From contig OZ024753.1 in assembly GCA_964016885.1 (NCBI GenBank), positions 1,426,001-1,490,000 of the forward strand: 64,000 nucleotides of DNA, written 5' to 3'. The position numbers and the translations under genes are program-made. The notes under the pieces are model-generated. The model was not told where the DNA came from, searched no databases, and saw only the letters and a list, made by a program, of their open reading frames with translations. Source of the stretch: Eledone cirrhosa. Taxonomy: Eukaryota. Of the stretch, positions 1 to 20,781 are shown piece by piece. Each line of letters begins with the position of its first letter. Within the stretch, counting starts at the first letter, position 1.

Positions 1-1206
1 AATCCCGCCAGTCCAGCATCGACAACATTTTTTTTTTTAAATAATAATTGTTTCTACTTTTGGCACAAGGCCAGCAATTACCTAGTGTATTACTGGTACT
101 TTATTTTATCAACCTCCATAAGGATGAAAGGCAAAGTTAACCTCGGCGGGATTGGAACTTTTATTATTTTTTTAAATAATAATAATAATAATTGATTTTC
201 TTTTCTTTTCTTTATTTCGGCATTTGGTTGCAAATTTTGGTCTACTAACACGATTGAGAAAAACAGAATTTGCATACAAACTTAAACTTACAGTCAGTAG
301 GCACCCCTTAACCCAATATACGCCCCACCCATCCTCTCATTTCTGTCCACTGTCGGTGACAACAAAAAGCACCCAGCCCACACTGTAAAGTAGTCATGTA
401 GGGGACACGGTAAAAAGGCTCCCAGTCCACACTGTAAATGTGGTTGGTGTTAGGAAGGGCATCCAGCCGTAGAAAACCTACCAGAGACAGTTCCTTCTCT
501 TGACCAATCTTGCATCAAATGGAACAAAACCATGTAACCCATGCTAGCGTGAAACGATGATGATGATGACATAATACCACCAACACAGCATAAATTGTGA
601 ATAAATAAATATATGAACACATTCTGTTGCCTATACAGTATATACATAAGCAAAATAAGTACATACTTAAGGCATCAAGGGAAGAGAAGCACCATTTTAT
701 ACAAATTTCATGTGCTTAGGGCCTCAAAATCTATCGCTGTCTGCTTTTTAGAAGTCCTAGCATAGGTATGAACCCCATGTGGGAGCCTTTAATTACGAAA
801 GAAAGACCATTGAGTCTTAAGACCGTGAAAAAATGGCTTTAAAGTTCTTAAATGTTATGACAAAATTGTCCTATGAAACAATAGCATAGTTAGTATAACT
901 GCTAGCTGTTAAGTGCACTCATCTACTTAACTGGTTGTAGGTTCAATCCCTGGATTAATGTCATGTGTAAAACAAAGTTGATCTTTGTAGGATTTGAATT
1001 CAGGGCACAAAAGGGCTGCAAAACAGCTGTAAAGTTTTGAAACAATCTGACCACTAATATACTGTAAATATTTGAATTAACAAACTACTCTTTAGATATT
1101 TTCTGCTAAATCATTACAGAATGTTAAGCATTAACTAACCTCATTAGTACATTTTCAATTTAACTAAAAGACTGTTTTTTTCTTTTCTTTTTGTTTATTT
1201 TTGCAG

Positions 1207-8536
<7,330 letters not shown>

Positions 8537-8689
8537 ACAGAACTTCTGTTGTAAATTGTGATAACCACGGAGAGCAAAGAAAACATTTCAAATTCTCAAT
8601 TGTTAGCCATTAAAGATATATATACACACACATTTGTATATATATATATATATATATTTCTTTTTCTAGTATTTTCTACTTTATCAAAT

Positions 8690-9030
8690 CATTTTAAGTC
8701 CACTTTTCCATGTATACATGAGTTGGCTGAGTCTATTCTAACACTGCTTCATTCTGTTACCATCTTCTTTGTGAGGTGGAGTGGTTTCAGATCAGCTCTT
8801 ACCACTTCTGCCCACATCCACCTTGGTCTTCTTCACCCAGTTATCATTCATAAACACCAGTCTTTGGAATGCTCAGCCACTTGCATGATAATTTTATGAA
8901 CAGGCAGTCCCATTATTTCAACACCACTGAAACACTTGTCATCACAAATGAGATCCAACACACACCTTTCAATTCTAATCTTTGCTTATCTATTATATTC
9001 TGAAACTACTGTACTAAAACCATCTGGCCC
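8690..9030 (-). mobile_element. Degraded RTE 3' fragment just downstream of the NSUN5 stop
   Basis: Minus strand gives RPRWMWAEVVRADLKPLHLTKKM, similar to the C-terminus of the 4689-5837 ORF, plus the shared tail. Confidence 0.65.
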
Positions 9031-12000
9031 TCAACAGTGTTTATTAACAACCATAATATGTGTTTGTGTGTATATATATATATCTGTAACACTTTTAAGT
9101 GTACATAGTGCATTTATCTCAGCTATGTTACTACAATAAGAAGTCCGTTTTCCAACCACAAGGTTCTATAAATAGTTATTTCTTCAAAGTTACTCATACA
9201 TTTAATTCTGCTGGTCATTTATGTAATTATATCCTAGAAATATATTATTAAAATATCATTCTTATATTTAATCACTTCCACGTGTCAATGATCAATATAA
9301 GATTTATGCCGCTAAGCATGTTGTCCAATGTTCTACCAATTCTGCAAGTCCACCAGATTAATAATGAAAGTAATATTACTTCCAAAATGGTTTGGAAATT
9401 ATAGACAGTCATTAGAAATATGGTTGAGTAATGGTTGGCATCAGAAAAGGCAGCCAGCTTTAGAATATATTCAAAGATCTTATCCAAGCAATGCCAGCCT
9501 AGATAAGCAGATGTAAAAACAATGATGATACCAAAACAAGACACTGCTAATGAAAGATATCAAACCCTCCTAATTTCATGTTTACTAAAAGGAAAAAAAA
9601 GACATTTGAAATATTTTTAATTATTTTTTTTCATTTTCTTTTATTTACGTGTGTGAATAATATATATATATATATATATGTCAACTTGTCTTTGTTTACA
9701 TCATATATTTTTTTAGTATTTTAATTTTTTTTGTAGTTAGCATGCAATAATGTCAGTATTTTTGCTGGTAGTAGTAAAAAGCTACTTCTGATTGGGGCCA
9801 AACCACCAATCATAGGTTGTTGTTGTTGTTGGTTGTATTTTTAAAGGAGTGTATGTAAGTAGTGGGGGACACATCTTTTTCTGTATGATTTTATACAAGA
9901 TATTATTTAACAGAGAACATAAGTGTGTGGAGACAGGCTAGAGTTGTGATTGAGGGGAAGAACATACATACCCATACACACACACATATAGTAATTTTCT
10001 TCAGACATCAGGTTTCCAAAGAAAAGGAAAATTTAAGTTAAATATCAAACCTCCCTCTTATCTTCCACTGCTTTCAAAGAAAGAGAAAAGTAGACAAGTC
10101 ATTAAAATTAAAAAAAATATTTAAGAAATTGAATTATGTTAAATGAATTATTTGAGGATGAAAGGAAGGGAATGAGGATGATGTGTAATGGTTTCTATCT
10201 CCCATAGAGGGAATATATGAGGTGTCTGGAACTGGGGAGAGGTAGTGTACATGATCAACTCACAGCATTCCAGCTCTTTGCCCCATTATCCTCTAGAAAT
10301 GTAGTAAAAGTCAATCACAGATTGAAATATAGTGAGAAACTTCACTATCAATAAAGCAATGATTCTTTCAGTCTTTTAGTTCTAATACTTTATCCTTTGG
10401 CCTGTTAGCTTAATGGTAGGAACTTTATACATAGCATTTTCTGTTCTGTCAACTGGAGTCTACCAAAATTACTTAGTTGATAAAGATAAAATTGCTAAAA
10501 GTAACTAGCCATTAACAGTTTCCATCACAAGAGACCAGTTTTAGCAACCTCTAGTATTTTATTAAATGCATACAAGTAAGTCATGGCCCGTCAGGACTTA
10601 GAGCTTTGCTGCCATCATAGTATTAAAGATGGTGATGAGTGGGTGAGTGAGTTAGCAGTAGCATTGTTCCATAGTCTTTCCATGCCTGATGACAAAATGC
10701 ACTTGTTGGATAGAACAACACATTTAACCATCAACATCTAGAAAAATAAAATACAACCTTTCAAGAGTTGAAAGCATAAACAACAACTATGGCTACTTGC
10801 AAAATTTGAAATGTAATGAGGAATCATTGATCGACTTGTTTCTGAGATCCGAGTATTTGATGAGAATATTATATATAGAGAGGGGGGTAAGGAATGTTGT
10901 TGGCATGCAATCAAAAGAAAACATTCTAATGTTTGTGGCAGTGACAGAAAAGAGAAATGATAGTTTGATGCAGAAAAGTTAATTTAACATGGTGGAGAGA
11001 ATCAAATGCAGTCAAATTTCATTTATTTTTTAAAATACATAACAGAATAATTGTTTCTACTTTTGGCACAAGGCCAGCAATTACCCCCAGTGCATTACTG
11101 GTACTTTATTTTATCGACCCCATAAGGATGAAAGGCAAAGTTAACCTCAGCGGGATTTGAACTCAGAATGTAAAGGGCCACAACTTTATGCTGCAAAGCA
11201 TGGCACTCTACCGATACTGCCAATCTACCGCCTACATACATAACATAATATCCACTCAGCAATGCCAAGAATAGATAATCTGCTCAGCTAAATAGAAGTT
11301 ATCTAAATCAAGAATCATGAAATTGCTAATGTTTTCAAATGACATTCCACCCTGTACGTAATATATAACTTTGTTGAATATATTTTATGAGATGGAAATC
11401 TAGCTTTCCTTCAATTTCTTCAGATGATGTTAAAGAAGAGCTGGACTTAAGCCAATTCAACTAATTGCTCCAAATTGGGTCCCACTCTTAGTTCATTGCA
11501 TTGGGCATCCCGCTGTAGAAACCAAGCCCAAATGTATACATTTTTGAGGAACACCCTCTTTATATTGTGATCTGCCTTGTCTCGCAAGACAACATGCCAG
11601 CATGGAAAATGGACATTAAACAATGATGATGATGATGATGATATATATATATATTATTGTATCCTACTGCTCCTTAGGCCAGCCCTGTGATGACAAATCC
11701 TGTAAAGTTACAGACAGCTGAAAGGTTGTCAGTTCAATACCACTGTAATTATCATGGCCCAGTTCATTCAGCTAAAACTATGTACCACATGGTAGAAAAA
11801 CAATTCTCTGTTGTAGTTGTTTAGCCCTAGCTTAGCTCTGATCAAGCAGATTTATGCTCAAAGGCATTTCAGCTGTGATTATCTCATCTTTTTCTTTAAA
11901 GTGACCCTCCTTTTTTTAAGAGAGTGGGAGTGTGATTTGAGGGATTTGGCTGCTATTTCTCTGTCAAGAAGTAATAAACCACCTGCTTTTGTAAACATAA

Positions 12001-13299
12001 TTTGTGGTTCATGGCGGAGAGATGAGACACTACCAGGCTGATTTCTCCTTGCTGCACCTCATGAAGATGAGGAGTCTTCAGTGATGCAGCAATCATCCAA
12101 TCCTTAGCTAGCAGTGAAAGTAGACATTAAACATTAATGATGAACCATCATGCAACACAATGATTGAGGTTAAGATGTTGTACTACTGGCCGGGCACACA
12201 TTCAAACCATGTTACAAGCCACAGCATTGCACCCCATCAACAAAACTTAACCACATTTTCCATTGTTTCGTGCTTACTAGGTAAAGCAAAATCATCTCTC
12301 TCTCTGCTTACTTTAAACCAGCTGTATCCAGCCAGAATTCTCTTACCTCTTTCTGTTCAAACTGGCCATAACTGGTTGCTCATACTTATGTTAAGGCATT
12401 GTTCTCAAAATAAATAATGTTATCATCAAAATCTCGTAAATTTGATATGTGAGATAAAGCCTTCACGACAAAAATACAATAGTGTATATAGAGTAATGTA
12501 AATGCTAAAGAGTTAATCTGCCGACTGACAGCAGTTGCTACACTTAAGTAAAATTCTAGTTATGTAAGTAAATAATGGTTTCTAATTTTAGTACAAAGCC
12601 AGCAGTAATTTTGGTGGAAAGGGAAAGTCAATTATACTGACTTCAGTATTTGACTGGTACTTGACCCTTTTCATCCTTCTAAGGATTTAATCAATTTTGT
12701 TGTTCCCCTAAATTTGTCGACTTTGTGTCTAAACTAGAAATTATTGACCAGTGGTTTAAAAAATAAATAATATAAGTGCATAAATTGCACCCAACCCTAC
12801 CCTTTCGCATCCCATGCCACCCAGGTTAAAAATTCCCCAAACATTTAGTATTATAGAGAATTTAAATTCCAGTGGGGGTTTAACTATCTGAACTGAACAT
12901 TTTAAAACTAGCTTGATTAGACCTGTGTCATTTCCAATCATTTCAAATATGATAATAGATGACATTAAATAAAGCAGCAACTAAGACCTGGAGTTTTCCT
13001 TTGAGGAAGGAGAGAAATGGAAATGGCTTTTGAGCAAAAAAAGATTAGATTAGTAGATGGTTACCAATGAGAATATAATAGATTTGTTGTTTTCCCAGTT
13101 ATATTATATTCCTACAAGACACACAAATAAAATAATAACTAATATATTTTTAGTGAAGGTGCTTGGCTTAGTGGTTAGAGAGTTGGATTCGCAATTGTGA
13201 GGTTGTGAGTTCAATTCTTAGACCAGGTGATGCGCTGTGTCCTTGAGCAAGACACTTTATTTCACATTGCTTCTTCTGCATCTCATCTAATTTGACTCT

Positions 13300-13800
13300 T
13301 TCCAACATACTCATTGAAGTCATCAGTAAAAGTTCCTCATAAAAATGGACCTTTAGTTCTTTACTCAGTCTTGTACAGGTAGAGATAATTGTTGTCATTC
13401 TATTGCCTATGATTATTTCTGTCACTCTAACTACATCAATTGCCTTATATATATATTCCATTTATTTCTGAGAGGGTCATGGGGGAAGAGTTCTCACACA
13501 CTCCTTCCAGTGGGTCCTATCAGAAGCAACCACCTCCAGCTGATCTGGCTGGATCCCCAAGCAAGACCAGTCAAGCTCACAGATGTTATCCAACCATCTT
13601 GCTCGAGGTCTACCACTGAGTCTCCTGCCAGTTGGTTTTGCCCTTAAAATGTGTCCAGTGATTCTTTCCTGAGACATCCTAACCACATGCCCAGAGTATC
13701 AGAGCTGTGATCTCTCAGTTTGGAGAAGTAGCGGCTCTACCTAGAGTGACTCTCTGATCTCCGAGCTACGCACTTTATTGAGTAACGTTACTTCATTCAT
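13300..13800 (-). mobile_element. RTE-like LINE fragments (C-terminal piece 13477-13800, possible endonuclease piece 13300-13450)
   Basis: GHVVRMSQER...KPTGRRLSGRPRARWLDNI...DRTHW. Related pieces at about 18270-18520, 37420-38090 and 51130-51440. Confidence 0.75.
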
Positions 13801-14823
13801 ACAGACAGTCACAATTTCACAGGTTGCCTCATCATATATTGCACAGAAGGAGAAATGTTGACACGCAAATGACAACCAACTAACCATAATATAAAATGCA
13901 TGGTATGTATATACACATACATATATACACCGTATGTGTGTGTGTGCATATAGACTATGTTTTTCATATTTTTGTTTTGTGGTGAAAATGTTATGAAATA
14001 TTGTTAATGGTTGGAAGATGAAAAAATGTGAGGGCTGGAGTGAAATAGAGAATGGCAGGGAATTGAGATGTTCTGGAAATTTCTAGCCCAAATAATTGTT
14101 GTTAAGTTGAAAAATCAGTTAACTTTTGAGCAGTACAACAAAATCATCCCAGGATGGCATGAAAAAGTTTCCATTACACATAAACACACACATACACACA
14201 ATGTAAAAGTTAAAACCTACACACATTAGCACATGCTTGTACACACACATACATTCATAGCTTTCAGTTTGCATGTTTATATACAGAGATTATTTTCAAC
14301 ACTCATACACGTAAATGTGTGTTTGTATACACTTGCTTAATAACACATGCAACACATAGACAAACGGTATACGTGTTTGTGTGTGTACATAAAAGTAGAG
14401 GTATGTGAGTGTATCGTTAATAGATATATGATGGACAACTGAAAATAGCTGATATATTAAAACGTATATTCTGTCCATTACAAATACTTTGTCCACACAT
14501 ATACAGATACTCATGCACGTATACATAGACACACACACACATATTATGTTATATGACAAAAAAACTGTATGACAAATGTATGTGTATGTATATGCACCCA
14601 GACCTAACTTAATTCCTTATTTAATGCATATATCTGCATGTGCATGTATGTTTCTGAAAATAAAACCAGAGATTTATTCAAGCATTCAACTCTTTTCCAT
14701 ATTTTCTAAATCATTTCCTTTGCTTTCTGTTTCAGCCACAACTGTCTTAACTCCTCTTCATAAAGATTACAACAAAAAAAAAAATAAAAAAAACACCAAA
14801 TGCCAGAACTTTCTAACAAACAT

Positions 14824-15891
14824 TCACACAATTAAATCAGTGAGGTGATTTCGACAGGAACAAACTGCCCGTAGCACTTCTTCCAATGTCACATAAATTT
14901 CCTGACGCCAATTAGGTTGAAGATAATGATCATTAATTTTAGACAATTTCGGTGCCCCCCTTGACAACACACTGTGTAAACATGGCAGATTCAGACTGTT
15001 GAATGATTTTAAAGGTCCGTGTAAAATATGACGTGCAATACGAATGCCTTTCAAACGTGGCATGTCCACTTGGTTTAGATAAAGTCCGTGGCTTTCAGAA
15101 ATGTCCAAGTTTTCTAGTGAATCAGATTTTAGCGTGTATGGGATCAGTCCGTCTCCACTTGGTAACCATACTTCAAAGAGCAACCGTTTCAAAGACGGAA
15201 GTTCTGAGAGAACAGTATCCAAGTGGCTCTGCTCCAAAGATTGACTACAGACAACTCGTTTCAAAACTAGTGACTGAAGGCTTTTGAGTCGAGTTAAACT
15301 CTGTATTGTTTTCTGATTCCAGTCAAATGGTAATATTAAAGTGGTGAGAGATGGAGCAATGGTTGTGAAATACTCAAAGAAATTTGTGAACCGTCGGAGA
15401 TGTAGTCTGTAGCTGTATATAGCATTCTGATCTGGCTGGTGGCCTGGTTCAAGCCATCGGTCTCGGGAGTCCTTCCAGTTTACGCGAACATAACGCAAGT
15501 GCCTACAAAGTGATGAACTAAGTCCACGCTGAATATTGTCTAGGTAGTTGCTGCTATTGTTGTTTACATCACCAATATCAAAATAGAAATCTAAACGCCG
15601 TATGCTGGGCTGTATTCGGTTAAGATAAATAAAGAAATCACTAACTCTCTTACAGTAGCATTCATGGCACTCTTTGCCATCCACAGAATGATTTGCAGAT
15701 GGAAGACACCCGAATCCTAAATCTGATGAAAGGTCAATTGAGTCCCAAACAGATGAAGACATGAGATCTCTCCAACTTGAACACACCTGTGCCGAATGTC
15801 CTTTGTCTACAGCATTCAGATAGGAGAAGATCTTCTGCTTGCAAAGGTCAGGTAACATTTCAAAGGGGAAGTATTGCTTAGCTTCTTCCAT
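14824..15891 (-). CDS. F-box protein with LRR-like C-terminal region, 355 aa, intronless CDS
   Basis: Uninterrupted ORF. N-terminal F-box (LPDLCKQKIFSYL...AQVCSSWRDLM...WDSIDL) followed by LxxLxL repeats (LTTLIL, LQSLVL, LKRLLF, LENLDI). Confidence 0.88.
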   Translation of the reverse strand: MEEAKQYFPFEMLPDLCKQKIFSYLNAVDKGHSAQVCSSWRDLMSSSVWDSIDLSSDLGFGCLPSANHSVDGKECHECYCKRVSDFFIYLNRIQPSIRRLDFYFDIGDVNNNSSNYLDNIQRGLSSSLCRHLRYVRVNWKDSRDRWLEPGHQPDQNAIYSYRLHLRRFTNFFEYFTTIAPSLTTLILPFDWNQKTIQSLTRLKSLQSLVLKRVVCSQSLEQSHLDTVLSELPSLKRLLFEVWLPSGDGLIPYTLKSDSLENLDISESHGLYLNQVDMPRLKGIRIARHILHGPLKSFNSLNLPCLHSVLSRGAPKLSKINDHYLQPNWRQEIYVTLEEVLRAVCSCRNHLTDLIV

Positions 15892-16086
15892 TTTAATATT
15901 TTACTTAATTCAACGAGTAGAGAAGAATTAAGCATAGAACATAACAGAGAAATGTAACAGAATCTGCTCTTTTAACTGTTAATTAGGATCAGATTTCCCT
16001 CTGTCTCTCTCTAAGTGTCCTATCAGTTTTCCTCTTGACTATAATGCAAGTTTCAGTGTGTCCATCACCAATTTCAGCTTTGAATT

Positions 16087-16112
16087 CTGAAAATAAAAAG
16101 AAAAAAAAAAAT
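16087..16112 (-). promoter_or_regulatory. Probable splice acceptor in the F-box gene 5' UTR (exon starts at 16086 on -)
   Basis: Minus strand reads T-tract-CTTTTTATTTTCAG|AATTC, about 195 nt upstream of the ATG. Confidence 0.6.
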
Positions 16113-16789
16113 TTCTTATTCTAAATGTTTAAAAAAAAAAACTATGTAAATGAACTTAATTAATGTTTAAGCAAACTCGTTACCTCCTCCACTACTACTT
16201 CCACAAGCTCATACTGACATTAACTCTTTTATTAATGAGCAAGAGAACAATTCTCTTTGTGGAAAGGACACCCATCTATTGTATTTTAACTTCCCTAATT
16301 AGATTGGATTCAAGTTTTGTTCCAAGACAAAGCCTGCAGTGAAATACAAATGCATGATATTTGGAAAAGGATTTCCAAACTATACCAAGTCACACAGTCA
16401 GGACCTGTGAGAGAGGGGTCCAGCCAGTACTTTGTACCGGGACCCAAGAGCTAAGAAGGCCCCACAGCAACCATGCAACATCCATTTTGAGAAAAATCTT
16501 TGCTTGCTTCAGGCCCCAAAGGGGTCTTGTACTGCCTTGCAAAATTTCTCTTGTAAACCCTGCACACAGTCACTACTAAGAACTTGCAGGATATATTTAA
16601 ATGAAATTAAGTACCTTGATGTCTAAAATAGATCCAGAATAATAAAGATATGACTGTAAACGGAGACATGTTGAATAAGTAGTAATGTTTGTAATGAAGT
16701 CATTGTGAATAAACTTGTGGACTAAAAGCCACATTGATGTCATGCAATTGTTGAGCACATGCATACATGATAGCATGCAATAAAGTGTG

Positions 16790-16920
16790 TTTGCATACAT
16801 AGAAGCACAAAGTGTATGTGTCTGTAAGCATGCACAAAGTGTATGTGTTTGTAAGCATGCACAAAGTGTATGTGTCTGTAAGCATGCACAAAGTGTATGT
16901 GTCTGTAAGCATGCACAAAG
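16790..16920. repeat. 27-bp minisatellite, about 4.5 copies
   Basis: Unit GCACAAAGTGTATGTGTCTGTAAGCAT. Confidence 0.9.
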
Positions 16921-17655
16921 CTAAATAAGTATTTGTGTATGAGTGTGTCTACATAAAATTTAGGGGCAAGCATGGTTGAATGGCTAAGAAGTTTGCTCCG
17001 CAATCTTCAACTGTTGGGCTCAGCTCACTGTACAGTACATTGGCAAGTATCTTCTTCAATAGTCATGGATAGACTCAAGCTTTAAACCTTTAGTATTTAC
17101 TTTACTCTGAATTTACTTTGTATTTTCACGGTAAAGGCTTTACCTCACATAATATCGAATATATGAGATTTTGATATGTATTTTGAGAACAATACCCTAA
17201 GGTCAGTATGAGTGGCCGGTAACGGCCAGTTTGAACAGGAGGAGGTGAGAGAATTCTGACCAGATACAGCCGGTTTAAATGCTAAAGGGTTAAGAATGAA
17301 ACTGGATGGAAGCTCATTAGATAGATTGTCCTGATAATTCAAAGGTTCAAGTCTTGTCATAGAATGAGTCACACTTACTACTTTTAACCTTTTTGATACC
17401 AAACAACTCCTAGTTTTACGATACTGTTTAGTTTAAAGTGTTTATATTTATCTAAAAGCCTTCAATCATAGTCTCAATGAGAAAGTTAATTATATTACTA
17501 AATCCTTCCAAATTCTTGGTTATTTTCAAAACAATTTGAAAATTATAGACAGTGTCTTTCATTAAAAATATGGTAATGAAAGGATTAAGACTACAAGTGT
17601 CTGAGGAATACTCAACCACTTGCATGATAATACAGTGAGTAGCTAGTTTGATTAA

Positions 17656-17877
17656 CCCGTTAGCATTTACATTACTCTATTTACTATTATATTTTCATGT
17701 AAAGGCTTTACCTTACATAATTATCTCACAAAATATTGAGTCTACGAGATTTTGATATTTATTTTGAGAACAATGCCTTATGAGAACAATGACGTATGAG
17801 TAGTCGGTTACAGTCAGCTTGAATAGAAAGAGCTGAGGGAATTCTGGCCGGATATGGCCAGTTTAAATGCTAAAGGG
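17656..17877. mobile_element. piggyBac-type MITE family 1 (about 205-220 bp). Other copies at about 7008-7222, 12310-12512, 17087-17289, 18893-19097, 28494-28700, 45501-45717, 55670-55916, 58820-58910
   Basis: TTAA flanks on both sides. Consensus TIR CCCTTTAGCATTTA...TAAATGCTAAAGGG, conserved internal sequence, no ORF. Confidence 0.85.
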
Positions 17878-19481
17878 TTAATCAAACAACTGGAATATTT
17901 GTTCCTGAAAGGAAAGAAGGAACCATTTGCATAGAAGCAGACAAAATGCTTTGCCCATGTATAAATAAAAGCATGTTTGTAATTTCAATTTGTGCACATG
18001 TGCTGCTGCTTGTAAGCACAATGTGCGTGCATGCACGTGCGCACGCAGACATGCACACAAATGAGTCATTCTCACTGTCACATTCCACCAAATACTTGGT
18101 CTTTGTGTGTCAATTTGTTCCACATTCCAAACGTTTCTTTAACTGGAGTTAGGCCTCATGGCAGAGGTGGTGGATTAAGGAAGAAGGGTAATCAAGTTGT
18201 AGCCTTTTTCTTCCTCCCTTTACTCTTGAAGGGTTCATGAAGGGGGGGGGGGGCAGTCATCAGACACACCTTCCAGAAGATCTTATCAGAACCAACCTTC
18301 TGTAAATGATCCAGCTGGACCCCCCCCCCCCCCAAGTGAGACCAACTGAACTAATGGATGTTATCCAACCATCTTGTTCATGGTCTATCTTCCGGCCTGT
18401 TGTAGGCTTTGCCTGTAAAATTTGTTCAGGGATTCTTTCTTTAGATATTTTAACTACATATGATCACTTAATGCTGAGAAGTAACAGCTCTACCTGGAAT
18501 GACTTCTTTATTTCTGAGCTGGAGGTGAACTGTAGCCAAGGGCCCTAAATAATAAGGGCTCAATGAATTAGCATCCTAAGCCACCATGCAAATTTAATCT
18601 GCCCCTGTCCCATAGAGTTAAAATGAATTTTAAATGTTAGGATATGAAACAACTGCAAGTCAGACATGTCAACCAGAATGAAAGAGTGGAAGTAGAATGA
18701 CTGAGTAACAGGTTTGTCATTAATTGATGGTGGTGGTGGTGGTGGTAGTAGTAACAGTGATGGTGGCAGTGGTTGTGGTGGTAGTAGTAGCAGTGATGGT
18801 GGCAGTGGTTGTGGTAGTGGTTCTATGACACAAAGACATTGGTTTTTATCTAGATACCTTCCATTATAATTTTATGCGAGAACCTTTATTAACCCTTTAT
18901 TTAAACTGGCCATATCCAGCCAGAATTCTCTCACCTTTTTCTGTTCAAACTGGATGTAACTGGCTACTCATACTGATGTTAAGGTATTGTTCTCAAAATA
19001 AATAACATCAAAATTTCATAGATTCGATATTATGTGAGATAAATGCTTTATCACAAAAATACGAAAGTATATAGAGACTAATGTAAATGCTAAAGGGTTA
19101 ACGTATATATCAAACACCAGCTTAATAATGAGAAAGTTAGTTATGTAACTAAATCTATCCAAATTCTTGATTATTTTCAAAAGTCTTCGAAAATCATAGG
19201 CAGTATATTTCATTAGAAGTATGGCAACGAAAGGGTTTTAAAATCATCTTAGATATTCACAGACTAGAATGATTAACTTCTGCTTAACAAAACTACCCAA
19301 CAACTGTCAGAGCACATACATTGATATAACTATTGATTCACTCACTGACTCCTAAAATGGAATACAACTTTTATATTCATCTGTCTACATGTAAATATGT
19401 AATTAGTACAACAATATATGTAAGACGAGCATTGGTGGTATTCATACTACTTTACCTCTCCCAGTATGGTGTGTATGTATG

Positions 19482-19530
<49 letters not shown>

Positions 19531-19649
19531 TGTAGTGGGGGAACTGGAGAGACCACAAATCATAGCAGTACTCAGGAGATGCAGAATAGGTATAGAAATA
19601 GGTAAAATCCCAGCCGCAGCACCAATTGGTTTGGGGATTTTACCACCCC

Positions 19650-19693
<44 letters not shown>

Positions 19694-20323
19694 TTGAGTA
19701 AAATAACAGGAGGCCGGACTGGTGAAATTCCTTCAAAGATTTATTATAGCAAACACTATGTACATTTCAGTGATCAGGTTCTGTAGGATCCCGGTGACAT
19801 CATCAGGTGTTTATTGCATAAAAGTTATATAATAAAGGAATAATGGTAAACACAATCCAAGAGGCTAAAAAGCAGAGAGAAATGTTTAAGACTCGAAGGC
19901 GGTCAGGGCCAGCTGTTGCCAGTCTATATATATATATATAGAGATAGATAGATGTGCATGGAAGGGGTGATCATTGTTGGAAAACTGGAGTTGTGTTGAA
20001 ATGTCAATGCACATGTGAATGACTAATCTTTCTAGCACGTGCACAAAAACCAAAAGGAATCAGACTGTCTACTATTTATTTTGAAACATTGTTTTGGGGT
20101 AGTAAAGACCTGGTATCAGACATACATACACTCTTATCTATCTATATGGCTTACCAGTTAACATATTGGGCTTGCGGGAGGTTGTGCATGCGATTCTCAG
20201 ACCGGGTGGTGTGCTGTGTTCTTGAGTAAGACACTTTATTTTACATTGCTCCAGTTTACTCATCTGTAGAAATGAGTTGCGGTGTCACCGGTGCCAAGCT
20301 GTATTGGCCTTTGCTTTTCTCTT

Positions 20324-20781
20324 GGACAAATTCAGTGGCGTGGGGAGAGGAGGCTGGTATGCATGGACAACATCAGTGGCGTGGGGAGAGGAGGCTGGTA
20401 TGCATGGACAACATCAGTGGCGTGGGGAGAGGAGGCTGGTATGCATGGACAACATCAGTGGCGTGGGGAGAGGAGGCTGGTATGCATGGACAACATCAGT
20501 GGCGTGGGGAGAGGAGGCTGGTATGCATGGACAACATCAGTGGCGTGGGGAGAGGAGGCTGGTATGCATGGACAACATCAGTGGCGTGGGGAGAGGAGGC
20601 TGGTATGCATGGACAACATCAGTGGCGTGGGGAGAGGAGGCTGGTATGCATGGACAACATCAGTGGCGTGGGGAGAGGAGGCTGGTATGCATGGACAACA
20701 TCAGTGGCGTGGGGAGAGGAGGCTGGTATGCATGGACAACATCAGTGGCGTGGGGAGAGGAGGCTGGTATGCATGGACAAC
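20324..20781. repeat. 41-bp G-rich minisatellite, 11 near-identical copies, inside a SINE-like element
   Basis: Unit GGACAACATCAGTGGCGTGGGGAGAGGAGGCTGGTATGCAT. Confidence 0.97.

Noticed and set aside
1-1200. Search for the first coding exon of NSUN5
   Set aside because: No convincing ATG exon with a phase-0 donor; it probably lies upstream of the window.
11405-11464. Strong acceptor followed by DVKEELDLSQFN*, a possible alternative NSUN5 last exon
   Set aside because: NSUN5 already ends with a complete domain at 8536, and there is no convincing phase-matched donor or homology.
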